Both the position numbers and the translations under genes were made by a program. 64,000 nt of DNA from Verrucomicrobiota bacterium. GTDB taxonomy: Bacteria > Verrucomicrobiota > Verrucomicrobiia > Opitutales > Cerasicoccaceae. The notes under the pieces are model-generated. The model was not told the DNA's origin. It worked only from the letters and a program-made list of their open reading frames with translations, and ran no database searches. The stretch covers positions 13,267-77,266 of the forward strand of contig JBCBUK010000018.1 of assembly GCA_039818205.1 (NCBI GenBank). Reading direction: 5' to 3'. The stretch's first letter is position 1. Each line of letters opens with the position of its first letter. This document shows, one piece after another, positions 29,575-39,189 of this stretch.

Positions 29575-30435
29575 ATGAGCGAATCGTCCCCAGAAACAAC
29601 GACGCCAACCGAGTCCGAAACACCCTTGTTGGAAGTGCGCAACCTGAAGGTCCATTACCCAATCTACGGTGGGCTGATGCGAAAAGTCGTCGACTATGTC
29701 CGGGCCGTTGATGACGTTTCCTTTCGCGTAAACCGGGGCACCACCGTCGGGCTTGTCGGAGAAAGCGGCAGCGGCAAAACCACGATTGGACGCAGTATCA
29801 TCAAACTGGCTCCGATCACTGGAGGGCAGATTCTCTATGCCGGATCTGAGAAAGAGAATAGCCCGAAATCGCCGACCAATATTGCCGAACTAAGTCGAGG
29901 GGCGTTTTTCCCGTTCCGGCAAAAGATTCAGATGGTGTTTCAAGATCCATTCAATTCGCTGAATCCGCGAATGACGATCGAACAAATCATTTCCGAGCCG
30001 TTAGACATTCATTTCTCGTCGATGGGCAAGGAAGAGAAAACGGCACGCGTAGTCGAGCTGCTGGGCAAAGTGAATCTTCCGGCCGATGCTCGCAAACGAT
30101 ATCCCCACGAGTTCTCGGGTGGCCAACGTCAGCGAATTGGCATCGCTCGGGCTCTAGCCGTTGAGCCGGAATTCATCGTCTGCGATGAGCCGGTCAGCGC
30201 GCTCGATGTTTCTGTGCAAGCTCAGATCGTTAATCTACTGCAAGACCTCCAAGAGGAGCTGGGCCTAACCTATTTATTCATCGCGCACGACTTGGCGGTT
30301 GTGGAACATATTAGCGATTTCGTCTTAGTGATGAACCAAGGGAAAATTGTTGAACAAGCCCCTGCCGCCGAGATTTATGAAAACCCCCAGGACCCGTATA
30401 CTAAGAAGCTCCTCGCGGCCGTTCCAACCCTCTAA
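29575..30435 (+). CDS. Oligopeptide/dipeptide ABC transporter ATPase (OppF/DppF-like)
   Basis: GESGSGKT, VFQDP, YPHEFSGGQRQR, DEPVSALD. Confidence 0.92.
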   Translation: MSESSPETTTPTESETPLLEVRNLKVHYPIYGGLMRKVVDYVRAVDDVSFRVNRGTTVGLVGESGSGKTTIGRSIIKLAPITGGQILYAGSEKENSPKSPTNIAELSRGAFFPFRQKIQMVFQDPFNSLNPRMTIEQIISEPLDIHFSSMGKEEKTARVVELLGKVNLPADARKRYPHEFSGGQRQRIGIARALAVEPEFIVCDEPVSALDVSVQAQIVNLLQDLQEELGLTYLFIAHDLAVVEHISDFVLVMNQGKIVEQAPAAEIYENPQDPYTKKLLAAVPTL

Positions 30436-30881
30436 TTTGAGGGGCTAAGCGGAATAAATTTTGTTTTAAGACTAACAATAGGGGGAACACTGGCTTGTTG
30501 CTACTGATTTGCCTTGAGCAAAATTCCAAAATTTTAGGAAAAAATCGGCGCATTTAGAACTCTCCCTTTCCTTAGTTAATAGACTAATGGAAACTACGTA
30601 GTCAGTCCGCTCGAGCGCGCCCTAGAACACCGTGGCCCTAGAACCCACGGTCTATTCGTATACCTTGCCCAAATGTAAAAAAAAACTGAAGGCCCCTTTT
30701 TCAACAGGGATTTGAGCCCTTTTAAGGCATAGAAAACAGCCAGTTTTGATCCCCATGAAGTTCCTACGACGATTCTTCTAAGAAATTCATAGTAGGACCA
30801 ATAAGACCCATTAGTCATACGAATTACATATGCTATCAATAGCGACTGGTTGATTACTAAATATGCCGTAAAATATAGGTA

Positions 30882-31313
30882 ATGCTAAAGTCAACTCTAC
30901 GTAAATCCCTGGGCTTTACGTTGGTCGAACTCATGATCGGCCTGACGCTCATGGGTGTCATCTTCACCGGGGCATTCAGTGGGATGAAGACTGGCTTAGA
31001 TATTGTTGAGGAAGCGCGCGACCAAGCACGAGCCACCCAACTGCTTCAATCCGAGATCGAGCGCATGCGGACACTCAATTGGTCCGACATCACCAATCTC
31101 CCCGCAACCGAATCAATCACTCTCACCGGATCGGCCTCCAATACCTACAATAACCGCTATAATTTTGAGCGGTCCATCACCAGTCTCGGCACGGGCCGAG
31201 TTCGGGTTTCCGTCACCGCTTCCTGGAACAACGGTCAGCGCGATCGATCACTGTCGATGACCACCGGCATCTCTGAAAATGGACTATTCGACTACTACTA
31301 CCGAGCCTTCTAG
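30882..31313 (+). CDS. Prepilin-type protein (PilV/GspI-like minor pilin)
   Basis: Class III signal KSLG|FTLVELMI. Confidence 0.85.
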   Translation: MLKSTLRKSLGFTLVELMIGLTLMGVIFTGAFSGMKTGLDIVEEARDQARATQLLQSEIERMRTLNWSDITNLPATESITLTGSASNTYNNRYNFERSITSLGTGRVRVSVTASWNNGQRDRSLSMTTGISENGLFDYYYRAF

Positions 31314-31833
31314 GGCCAACCAGCGAGGCTTCAGCCTCATGGAGATGCTGGTGTCTACCAGCGTACTTGCGATCTTTGTCAGCATTGCGATGAGCTCGAT
31401 CGTCTCGCTGTCCAAAAGTTCAACTTCGTTGATCAACTACCAGGATATGAATAAACAAGGCCGGTCGATGATGGAGGTATTTTCTCGTGATCTCCGAGCC
31501 GCAACGAACGTCTACGAAACGACCAGCACACGCATTTCGTTTGATACAGTAACCTCAGATGGGACCTCTCAGAAAGTCACCTATGAGTATTTCCCCAATG
31601 CCGATATTCTCTACCGTTCGATCAACGATGGTTTACGAGAAATCGCATTGGAAGACGCCTCTAGTTTCAACTTGAGCTTCTACACCCTTAGAGGTGACCC
31701 AACGACGACGGCCCTTGAGACCAAGCGAGTCGAGGTCGCAGCAACGATTGAGCGCAAGCTGCTTTCTACCAAAAACACGAACTACTTCGTTTCCGCTCAG
31801 TTCGTGCTTCGCAACCATCGAGTCAGCAACTAG
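31279..31833 (+). CDS. Prepilin-type protein (PilW/GspJ-like minor pilin)
   Basis: NQRG|FSLMEML; overlaps the upstream pilin gene by 35 bp. Confidence 0.85.
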   Translation: MDYSTTTTEPSRANQRGFSLMEMLVSTSVLAIFVSIAMSSIVSLSKSSTSLINYQDMNKQGRSMMEVFSRDLRAATNVYETTSTRISFDTVTSDGTSQKVTYEYFPNADILYRSINDGLREIALEDASSFNLSFYTLRGDPTTTALETKRVEVAATIERKLLSTKNTNYFVSAQFVLRNHRVSN

Positions 31834-31837
31834 ATCC

Positions 31838-33184
31838 ATGAAAACCGCCAACTTCCGATCTCTCTGCTCTCCGAGATGCAGACACCAACATTGTCGAGAA
31901 CGCGGCTCCGTCGTGATCGCAGTGCTCCTGGTTGCGCTCATCATCATTTCAACCGTGACTCTCTATTTGCGCAGTGCTGTTCAAGAGATGCGTTACGCTG
32001 AGCGGACCTTTGCCTTGCAGCAAACAGTCAACCTGGCCGAGATGGGTGCCGAGCACGCGATATGGGCAATCAACAATGATGACTGGACCTCTTGGACGGG
32101 AGTCGCCACAGATCAATACCATATTTCCTACGACGCGAATACCGGTGAGACGGTAACCGTATACGCGGATGTTCGCTCCAGTTCGGAGGTATGGATTGCC
32201 TCCAGCGGCGTGGTCGATGTGAGCGGTAAAGGCGTCGAAAAACAACTGCTGATGAAACTGGAAGCGCGTGGCCTTTTCGCGAATGGCCTAACCGCAAGAG
32301 AGTTTCTTCGGTTCAATGGAAACAACATCGATATCGATTCCTACAACAGTGAGAATGGCGTCTACGATCCCGTGAACAATCGCGGTGACCAAGGAACCGT
32401 TGCTAGCGCCAGTGTTGCGGTCAATTCGGTGACCATTCAAAACGCAAACATCTATGGTTTCGTTGCGACTACCGGAGGCACGCCCATTCTCGGCCCCAAC
32501 GGAACAGTCACCGGTAGCAACACTCCGGCTGGCGTTAGCGTGGATCAAAGCCGCATAGCAACCGACTTCTATGCCGAGTTCCCTGACGTGACCGCGCCCG
32601 CGACAACCGGCGCTGCCTCGGCCCCCGTGAGTGGAACAATGGGAACCGCAGGAACGGCCACGACCTACACGGCATCCGACCTGACAATCAAATCAAAAGA
32701 TACGATCACGGTCGAAGGAGATGTAACCCTGGTCATAACGGATGACCTCGACATCCGAGGCAGCATCGTGATCAATCCCAACTCCTCGCTGACCCTCTAC
32801 GTCAACGACGACATTAGTATCGCCGGCAACGGCGTGGCCAACATGTCGGCACGACCACAGAATTTTCTGATCTACGGCACCGGAGACCGCAACGGCTTCG
32901 ACCCATCGTACTCCCTCGGTGGAAACGCCCAGCTGCAAGCGGCCGTCTACGCGCCCCACGCGGACATTACCTTAAACGGTGGCGGTTCCTCCGGAGTGTT
33001 CCTCGGCGCTGCGGTCGGAAACAACATCACCTTCAACGGCCACGTCGATTTTCACTACGACGAATCGCTCAAATCTTTTTCTCCCGACAGCCAGTTTCGT
33101 CTGACCGAATGGCGGGAGCTCACCGCCGCTGCCGACCGATTACCCATCGAATCAGGTTCCAGCATGGCCGCCCTCTCCTTCTAA
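31838..33184 (+). CDS. PilX/GspK-like minor pilin with a large Gly/Asn/Thr-rich beta domain
   Basis: RERG|SVVIAVLL lacking Glu5, NLAEMGAE helix, C-terminal AVYAPHADITLNGG..FLGAAVG..FHYDE. Confidence 0.8.
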   Translation: MKTANFRSLCSPRCRHQHCRERGSVVIAVLLVALIIISTVTLYLRSAVQEMRYAERTFALQQTVNLAEMGAEHAIWAINNDDWTSWTGVATDQYHISYDANTGETVTVYADVRSSSEVWIASSGVVDVSGKGVEKQLLMKLEARGLFANGLTAREFLRFNGNNIDIDSYNSENGVYDPVNNRGDQGTVASASVAVNSVTIQNANIYGFVATTGGTPILGPNGTVTGSNTPAGVSVDQSRIATDFYAEFPDVTAPATTGAASAPVSGTMGTAGTATTYTASDLTIKSKDTITVEGDVTLVITDDLDIRGSIVINPNSSLTLYVNDDISIAGNGVANMSARPQNFLIYGTGDRNGFDPSYSLGGNAQLQAAVYAPHADITLNGGGSSGVFLGAAVGNNITFNGHVDFHYDESLKSFSPDSQFRLTEWRELTAAADRLPIESGSSMAALSF

Positions 33185-33197
33185 CATTCCATCCATC

Positions 33198-33734
33198 ATG
33201 ACCAAGATCATTTCTCCGATCGCCTGCGCGAAAAAACAACGTCGCCACCTGTACATTGCAACCGCTCTTGCCACCTTGATTGCCGCGGCAACCCTGACCG
33301 CAATCACCGTTCAAAGCAACCATCAGCAGCTACAGCGAGACGCCTGGGTTCAGGACCTCTCAGCCCAAATCAACCAAGTCAAATATTACTGCGAAGATCG
33401 ATACGTACTCGGGATGCGCGATGAGCTTCCACCAATCATCCGATTTCATTTAATGGAGCGCGGCCTACTGGATGAATCGACTGTTGCCTGGGTCGCGATC
33501 AACGATGACCAGAAGACATCATACCGTCTAGAAGTCTACTTCTGGGAAATGACCCCCGAAACAATGACTCGTGTAACCAAGCTCGATGAAAAAATTGACA
33601 ACGGTGACCTCTTGACCGGATCAATGACCCTCACTTTCACTGGCTTCGAGGTCGAAATCGAGGGACCCGCTTCAACTGCTTCCAAAAAGCTTACGAGCGA
33701 TGGTTGGGCTCAGTCGTCCGAAAATGCGATCTGA
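33198..33734 (+). CDS. Pilin-like membrane protein without a canonical cleavage site
   Basis: Basic leader, hydrophobic helix, long amphipathic helix, LDEKIDNG segment; last gene of the pilin cluster. Confidence 0.55.
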   Translation: MTKIISPIACAKKQRRHLYIATALATLIAAATLTAITVQSNHQQLQRDAWVQDLSAQINQVKYYCEDRYVLGMRDELPPIIRFHLMERGLLDESTVAWVAINDDQKTSYRLEVYFWEMTPETMTRVTKLDEKIDNGDLLTGSMTLTFTGFEVEIEGPASTASKKLTSDGWAQSSENAI

Positions 33735-34652
33735 TTCATGTTCATAAACTAAATAGGAACCATCTGGCCATTGATAGGAATAACCGTGCTCGATTGAGCG
33801 GAAATGGCGTTCCCGCCATTTCTCGATTTCTTGTGGACCGGGTGCCAGTTGAAACCCCGGTTTGTCGTGTGCGGAGGCGTCCAAAACCGACGGGCGAACC
33901 ACGACCACATCGTCACTTGGATCAATAACCATCCACCGAATGTCCTCGTGTGTTCGATCCAAGGCGGAGGCTTGAATCGTCGCTTCGAGATACATCCATC
34001 CACCGTTCTCAACATTTTCAACATCGCGGTAGCTCAAGGGAAAGCGAAAGCCGTCGGGTGCGTTGCCACTGATCTCCTGAAAAACTGGCCGCGAGGTCAT
34101 CACCAAAATCGAGGCGACAAGTACCACGATCCAGGCAACCATTATCACGCACATTTGAGCAAACGACGCGAACGGTGGCGGACCCTTTGGCTTTTCGGCC
34201 ACTGGAGCTTCTTTCTTCTTTGAAACCGTTACCGTTGGCTTAACACTCTTACTTACTGCTTCACCAAAGACCTTTTCCGGCGCGTACTCCAACTCGAGGA
34301 CATCAACAAAACGCGACTCTGGTTCGATAGGCATTTTGGGGCCACCATTCTTATCTGGGGAAAATCCAGACAGGGAGTATTTTCCCCCGGGCGACCACCG
34401 ATCGTAAAAAGCATAGATGCAATCGTCTACCCCCTCGAGGGATACCGGGCGTATCTGAAACTGTTTGCGCCGTTCGGCGGGCAGCTTCTTGAGCAACTTA
34501 TTTGACCAGTGAATATTTGGGCTGACTGCAACGGCAAGATAATCGAACCCTTCCTTCTGGCTCCAAAGGATAAAGTAGTAGACGGCTTCCACAGCGTTAA
34601 CATCATCCAAATTATGTCGAACTCGACAAGTTTGAATAACCGTCATTTCCAA
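33672..34652 (-). CDS. Hypothetical single-pass membrane protein
   Basis: 326-aa ORF with a Lys/Pro linker and a central TM; start uncertain. Confidence 0.65.
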   Translation of the reverse strand: MEMTVIQTCRVRHNLDDVNAVEAVYYFILWSQKEGFDYLAVAVSPNIHWSNKLLKKLPAERRKQFQIRPVSLEGVDDCIYAFYDRWSPGGKYSLSGFSPDKNGGPKMPIEPESRFVDVLELEYAPEKVFGEAVSKSVKPTVTVSKKKEAPVAEKPKGPPPFASFAQMCVIMVAWIVVLVASILVMTSRPVFQEISGNAPDGFRFPLSYRDVENVENGGWMYLEATIQASALDRTHEDIRWMVIDPSDDVVVVRPSVLDASAHDKPGFQLAPGPQEIEKWRERHFRSIEHGYSYQWPDGSYLVYEHESDRIFGRLSPTIARKLFGSS

Positions 34653-34855
34653 CAGTCAGGGCTGGGCTCAGCTCATTCGCGCATGGGGCAAAGGTGCCGA
34701 CACCACCCTTCAGTGGCCCTGAATAAAGCAGGCCAGCGAAATCGAAATGCGGATAACTGGCGATTCGCAGCTCATCCAACCACCACAAGTGAGGAAAATT
34801 TTACAGGAAAGCGCCTTGTCCTGCGGCTTTGAAGCGTCGATATTTGCGACAAAGC

Positions 34856-37411
34856 ATGCTCAAGCCAGCAATAACGCCCCATGAACACTTCGCTGACTAT
34901 ACACTGTCAGCGCGGGATGAGGCATTTGGCGCTCAAGGAGCGGTTTCGGATCCCTACCAGGCAATCGTGCAGGCACTCCAAGAATGCTCCGCCACCGAGC
35001 TCAAGGCACGCCAGCAACGACTCGACCGTGCCGCCGCCGAACTTGGGATCCAGTTTGCGCTCCCCGGCGAGAGAAAAGAGAATGGTATCGATTGGCGTCT
35101 AGATCTGTTTCCCCGGGTTATTTCCGCACAGGATTGGGACTTGATATCGCGCGGGGTGATCCAACGGGCAGAAGCATTCAATGCCTATGCGGCGGATCTT
35201 TACAGTGATCAAGCTATCCTCAAGGAGCGAGTTATTCCCTTTCAGATCGCCCTACAAGACCCGGCTTTCAACCGCCCTTTCTCCGGACTGTCACCGGCGA
35301 ATAACCGCTATTGCTTAGTGGGTGCCTTTGATCTCGTTCGCCTTCCCGATGGCGAGTGGCAAGTTCTGGAAAACCAGATGGCTACGCCAATTGGTATTTC
35401 CTATATCTTGCAGAACCGGCGCTTACTCGCCCAGGCCTTTCCCGAGTTGTTTTCGAAGATGGAGGTTGCACCCGTAGCTCCGTTTAGCACCTACCTTTCC
35501 GAAGCACTGCGGGCTCAGTCGAGCCGAAAGAATCCAACAATCGTTCTGCTGACTCGCGGCGATTCCGACCAGATCTTTTTCGAAGAAGGCTTTCTGGCGC
35601 GCCACATGGGAATCTCAATCGTCAAGCCCGGCGATCTATTGGTGCGCGACAGCCGAGTGTATTTGAAAACGATCCGCGGTTTGGAGCGAGTCGACATTAT
35701 ATACCGGCGCATCGAGAGCTCCTCGGTCGATCCGATCGCAACTCCAGGGTCTCACTTCGGTGGCGTACCCGGGCTCGTTAACTGCGTCCGCAAAGGCAAC
35801 GTCTCGGTGATCAATGGCTTAGGCGCTGGTGTCGCGGACAATCGAGCAATTCTGCGCTATGCAGATCGAATTATTGGTTACTATACCGGCAAAAACGCCC
35901 TGATCCCAACCGCCCCAACCTATCACCTGAGCGACCCAGATCAACGCGAGTATATTGCGGAACGGATGGACGACATGGTGCTGAAGCCCGTCCAGGATCA
36001 CCTATCGTTGAAGCAACGATTGGATTGGAAGGGGCGCCTTGATACGAAAGCGGACGTCGAAAAACTTGCCCGCAAGCATCCAGAGTACTGCGTGGCTCAG
36101 CCTATTTTGACTCCGTCGCAGTTGCCCCGCTTCAGTAACGCCAAATTTGAACCTCACACCGTATTCATGCGCGCCTTTTTTATTTTGGGCGATGAACCGG
36201 TGGTCCTTCCCGGTGGCCTAACCCGGCAGACATCCAATCGGCACCGCCCCGGGCGACTCTCCGTGAACGCTGAGGGGATGAAAGACACCTGGGCACCAGC
36301 AAGCGCCACGATCGAACGTGACCCATTGCCCCCGCTCGATGCGCTCAGTGACCGGATCTCCATTGGCAGTCGCACCGCAGAAGCCCTCTACTGGGCCGGG
36401 CGCTACCTCAACCGGGCCGAAACGACCGCTCGCCAATTTTCGATTCTAGAAAATCTCCGTTGGGATCAGCTTGGCCGGATCGACCAAAAGGTGTACTGGC
36501 CCCTCATGCAAGCGGTCGCTGCCGCAACGGGCAATGAAACCTTTGCGAAGAGTCCCACGCCGAAAGACACGCGAGAGTTTTCTCGACGTCTGGTGTTGGA
36601 CGCCAATGAGAGCGCCTCGGTCAACGCCTGCATTCGCAGCGCGCAAAGCAATCTCAGTTCGATTCGCGAAATCATCAGCCCGGAATCCTGGCAGGCACTT
36701 CGCGAACTCGTTATCTCGCTTGATGGTATTTCCCGCTCACGCAACGCCGGGTCGCGCCTCAGTGAGGCGAGCGAGTTGGTTGTGAACGAGATCGCCCGCT
36801 TCAATGGTTTGGCTGAGCGCACCATGCTCCACGACGACGCCTGGCAATTCTATCGAATTGGGAGTTTCCTGGAACGCGCCCAAAGCGCTCTTTATCTACT
36901 AGAGGTCGCGCTGCCCCGCGCAGCGGAAACGGACAAAGCCAGCGACGAAGAATCCACCGACCTCACCGCACTTCTGAGGCTAACTGGATCGCTTGATGCC
37001 TATCGCCGCGAGTACCGATCTCGAGCCTACTTGGACCGGGTCGCCCGCCTCCTGCTTCAGTCAAAAAACAATCCCAGTTCGGTCAGTTTCTGCTTGAGAA
37101 ACCTTCGCTATGCACTGGGGACCTTGTCCATTACCGGTGAGCGAAAGATTGGCCGCAGCATTCAAACGACCACCGATGCGCTTGTCGGCTATCTGGAATC
37201 TTTGCCAATCGCGCGGATGTTCCCCTCCCCGTTGCGAAGCCTGGACGACGCCCGTGAACTGCCAACGGTCGCTCGCCTGCAACCAGAGGCCATTCGGGAA
37301 CAACTTGTCTCGCTGACCAAAGAAGCCGAACTTTTGCACGATACCATTGAAGACGTATTCTTTAGCCACCAGTACGTGTACGCCCGCGAACCATCACTCT
37401 TCGACGCTTAG
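34856..37411 (+). CDS. Circularly permuted type 2 ATP-grasp protein fused to an alpha-E domain
   Basis: LDLFPRVIS, DLVR, VYLKTIRGLERVDIIYRR, VLKP, PGGLTR, KDTW; then RTAEALYWAGRY and GSFLERA alpha-E motifs. Confidence 0.88.
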   Translation: MLKPAITPHEHFADYTLSARDEAFGAQGAVSDPYQAIVQALQECSATELKARQQRLDRAAAELGIQFALPGERKENGIDWRLDLFPRVISAQDWDLISRGVIQRAEAFNAYAADLYSDQAILKERVIPFQIALQDPAFNRPFSGLSPANNRYCLVGAFDLVRLPDGEWQVLENQMATPIGISYILQNRRLLAQAFPELFSKMEVAPVAPFSTYLSEALRAQSSRKNPTIVLLTRGDSDQIFFEEGFLARHMGISIVKPGDLLVRDSRVYLKTIRGLERVDIIYRRIESSSVDPIATPGSHFGGVPGLVNCVRKGNVSVINGLGAGVADNRAILRYADRIIGYYTGKNALIPTAPTYHLSDPDQREYIAERMDDMVLKPVQDHLSLKQRLDWKGRLDTKADVEKLARKHPEYCVAQPILTPSQLPRFSNAKFEPHTVFMRAFFILGDEPVVLPGGLTRQTSNRHRPGRLSVNAEGMKDTWAPASATIERDPLPPLDALSDRISIGSRTAEALYWAGRYLNRAETTARQFSILENLRWDQLGRIDQKVYWPLMQAVAAATGNETFAKSPTPKDTREFSRRLVLDANESASVNACIRSAQSNLSSIREIISPESWQALRELVISLDGISRSRNAGSRLSEASELVVNEIARFNGLAERTMLHDDAWQFYRIGSFLERAQSALYLLEVALPRAAETDKASDEESTDLTALLRLTGSLDAYRREYRSRAYLDRVARLLLQSKNNPSSVSFCLRNLRYALGTLSITGERKIGRSIQTTTDALVGYLESLPIARMFPSPLRSLDDARELPTVARLQPEAIREQLVSLTKEAELLHDTIEDVFFSHQYVYAREPSLFDA

Positions 37412-37420
37412 CAATTTACG

Positions 37421-38299
37421 ATGCGGTTCAAAGTCCTCCACACCACTCACTACCGCTATGCGGCTCCCGCTTCAGAGTCGTTTGCCGAACTGCGGGTCTG
37501 GCCCAAAGACTCCCATGCGCAACGCGTGATCACCCGTGACCTCGTTATCGAACCCGACACACCCGTCGACCACTACATAGACTACTTTGGCAACCACGTA
37601 GAGTTTTTCTCGATTCCATTTCGGCATAGCGAAGTCAAGGTCCGCGCGGTTGCTGAAGTCGAAACGTTTAAAGATGAACCAGCGCAAGAGATTCTCGAAA
37701 CAGCCATTGGCGATGCCTGTCAGATATACAATAGCCGGCTCTTCCGATTGTTTGAATATCTCCAACCGACGGAACTGGTTCCCATTGAGCCCGTGATTCG
37801 ATACTTCCCCAAGAAATTCTTTCGAGATGCAGACGAGCTTGGCCCTGCTCTGCTCAAACTAAATCAATGGGTCTACGACGAGTTTGTCTATGAACCCGGA
37901 GCCACCAACGTCTCGACTCCCCTCGAAACGGTCCTAAAGAATCGCAAAGGTGTCTGCCAGGATTTCGCCCACCTGATGTTAGCGATACTGCGCTCACATG
38001 GTCTGCCGGCACGGTACGTCAGTGGCTACATCGAGGCATTTGATCCAGACAAGACTGCACCCGAACTCATCGGCGCAGCCGCCAGCCATGCCTGGGTCGA
38101 AGTCTACCTGCCCGGTGGCTTTTGGTGGGGCCTTGACCCAACGAACAACCAACCCGCTGGCGAGCGACACGTGCAAGTTGCCGTCGGGAGGGACTACTAT
38201 GATGTCGCCCCGATGCACGGCACCTACAAGGGAGTTTTGGATCAACAGTTACAGGTTATGGTCGAGCTGACCCGTAATCCCGAGGCCATTGCTCAATGA
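37421..38299 (+). CDS. Bacterial transglutaminase-like protein
   Basis: N-terminal HTTHYRY..DYFGN domain; GVCQDFAH, YVSGY, SHAWVE, DPTN triad. Confidence 0.9.
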   Translation: MRFKVLHTTHYRYAAPASESFAELRVWPKDSHAQRVITRDLVIEPDTPVDHYIDYFGNHVEFFSIPFRHSEVKVRAVAEVETFKDEPAQEILETAIGDACQIYNSRLFRLFEYLQPTELVPIEPVIRYFPKKFFRDADELGPALLKLNQWVYDEFVYEPGATNVSTPLETVLKNRKGVCQDFAHLMLAILRSHGLPARYVSGYIEAFDPDKTAPELIGAAASHAWVEVYLPGGFWWGLDPTNNQPAGERHVQVAVGRDYYDVAPMHGTYKGVLDQQLQVMVELTRNPEAIAQ

Positions 38300-39189
38300 A
38301 AATTTCAATCAATCACCTGACACGCTACCACTACTCAAAGCCCGTTGGCTTTGGGGAGCATCAGCTCTTTCTCAGGCCGCGGGATAGTCACAAACTCCGG
38401 GTCGAATCCTTTAATTTGCGGACGTCACTGGAGTGCTCGAAGCGGTGGATTCGCGACTGCAACAACAACATCGTCTTGGTGACCAACTTTGGGCTTCAGC
38501 AATCATCTGAACTAGATTTCGAATGCCAGATGGTGGTCGAGGTTGAGCAGGAGAATCCCTTCGACTTCATCCTTGAGCCTTACGCCTCAGCCTATCCGTT
38601 TCGCTATCTCCACCACGAAGCGCACGCCCTTGCGCCGTTGTTAGATGCCAATGCTATTGCGGATGCGCACACGGTTTTTGATTGGCTCTACACGGCAATC
38701 CCTGATGTCAATCACCACGACAGCACGGTTCAGTTTCTCGCCAACATTAATCAAGCCATCCATCGGGACATCGGCTATACCCGGCGAGATGAACAAGGTG
38801 TTCAGTCCCCGAATGAAACGCTATCACTCCGCTTAGGCTCCTGTCGTGACCTCGCACTATTATTCATCTCAACTTGCCGGCAACTTGGCCTCGCTGCTCG
38901 ATTTGTGAGTGGCTATTTGTTCGATCCTCCAGTCGACGGTACGCACGGTAGCGACCATGTCTTCAATCGCGCCGTTGGTTCGATGCACGCCTGGGCAGAG
39001 GTGTTCCTACCCGGAGCGGGCTGGCTTGGATTCGATCCAACCAACGGCATCTTGACCAACGAGTATTTTCTTCCGTCGGCGGTTGCCTACGAACCCAGCA
39101 GCGTGAATCCAATACAGGGCAAATACTACTCGAAAGAATCGATCACCTCGACCCTAGAAATCGACCTTAGATTGGAAGAGGTTCAATAG
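38296..39189 (+). CDS. Bacterial transglutaminase-like protein (second copy)
   Basis: HLTRYHY; GSCRD, FVSGYL, HAWAE, GFDPTNG; 4-bp overlap with the upstream gene. Confidence 0.9.
   Translation: MKISINHLTRYHYSKPVGFGEHQLFLRPRDSHKLRVESFNLRTSLECSKRWIRDCNNNIVLVTNFGLQQSSELDFECQMVVEVEQENPFDFILEPYASAYPFRYLHHEAHALAPLLDANAIADAHTVFDWLYTAIPDVNHHDSTVQFLANINQAIHRDIGYTRRDEQGVQSPNETLSLRLGSCRDLALLFISTCRQLGLAARFVSGYLFDPPVDGTHGSDHVFNRAVGSMHAWAEVFLPGAGWLGFDPTNGILTNEYFLPSAVAYEPSSVNPIQGKYYSKESITSTLEIDLRLEEVQ

Noticed and set aside
30594..30839. 81-aa minus-strand ORF in the AT-rich intergenic region
   Set aside because: No recognisable features or ribosome-binding site; likely spurious
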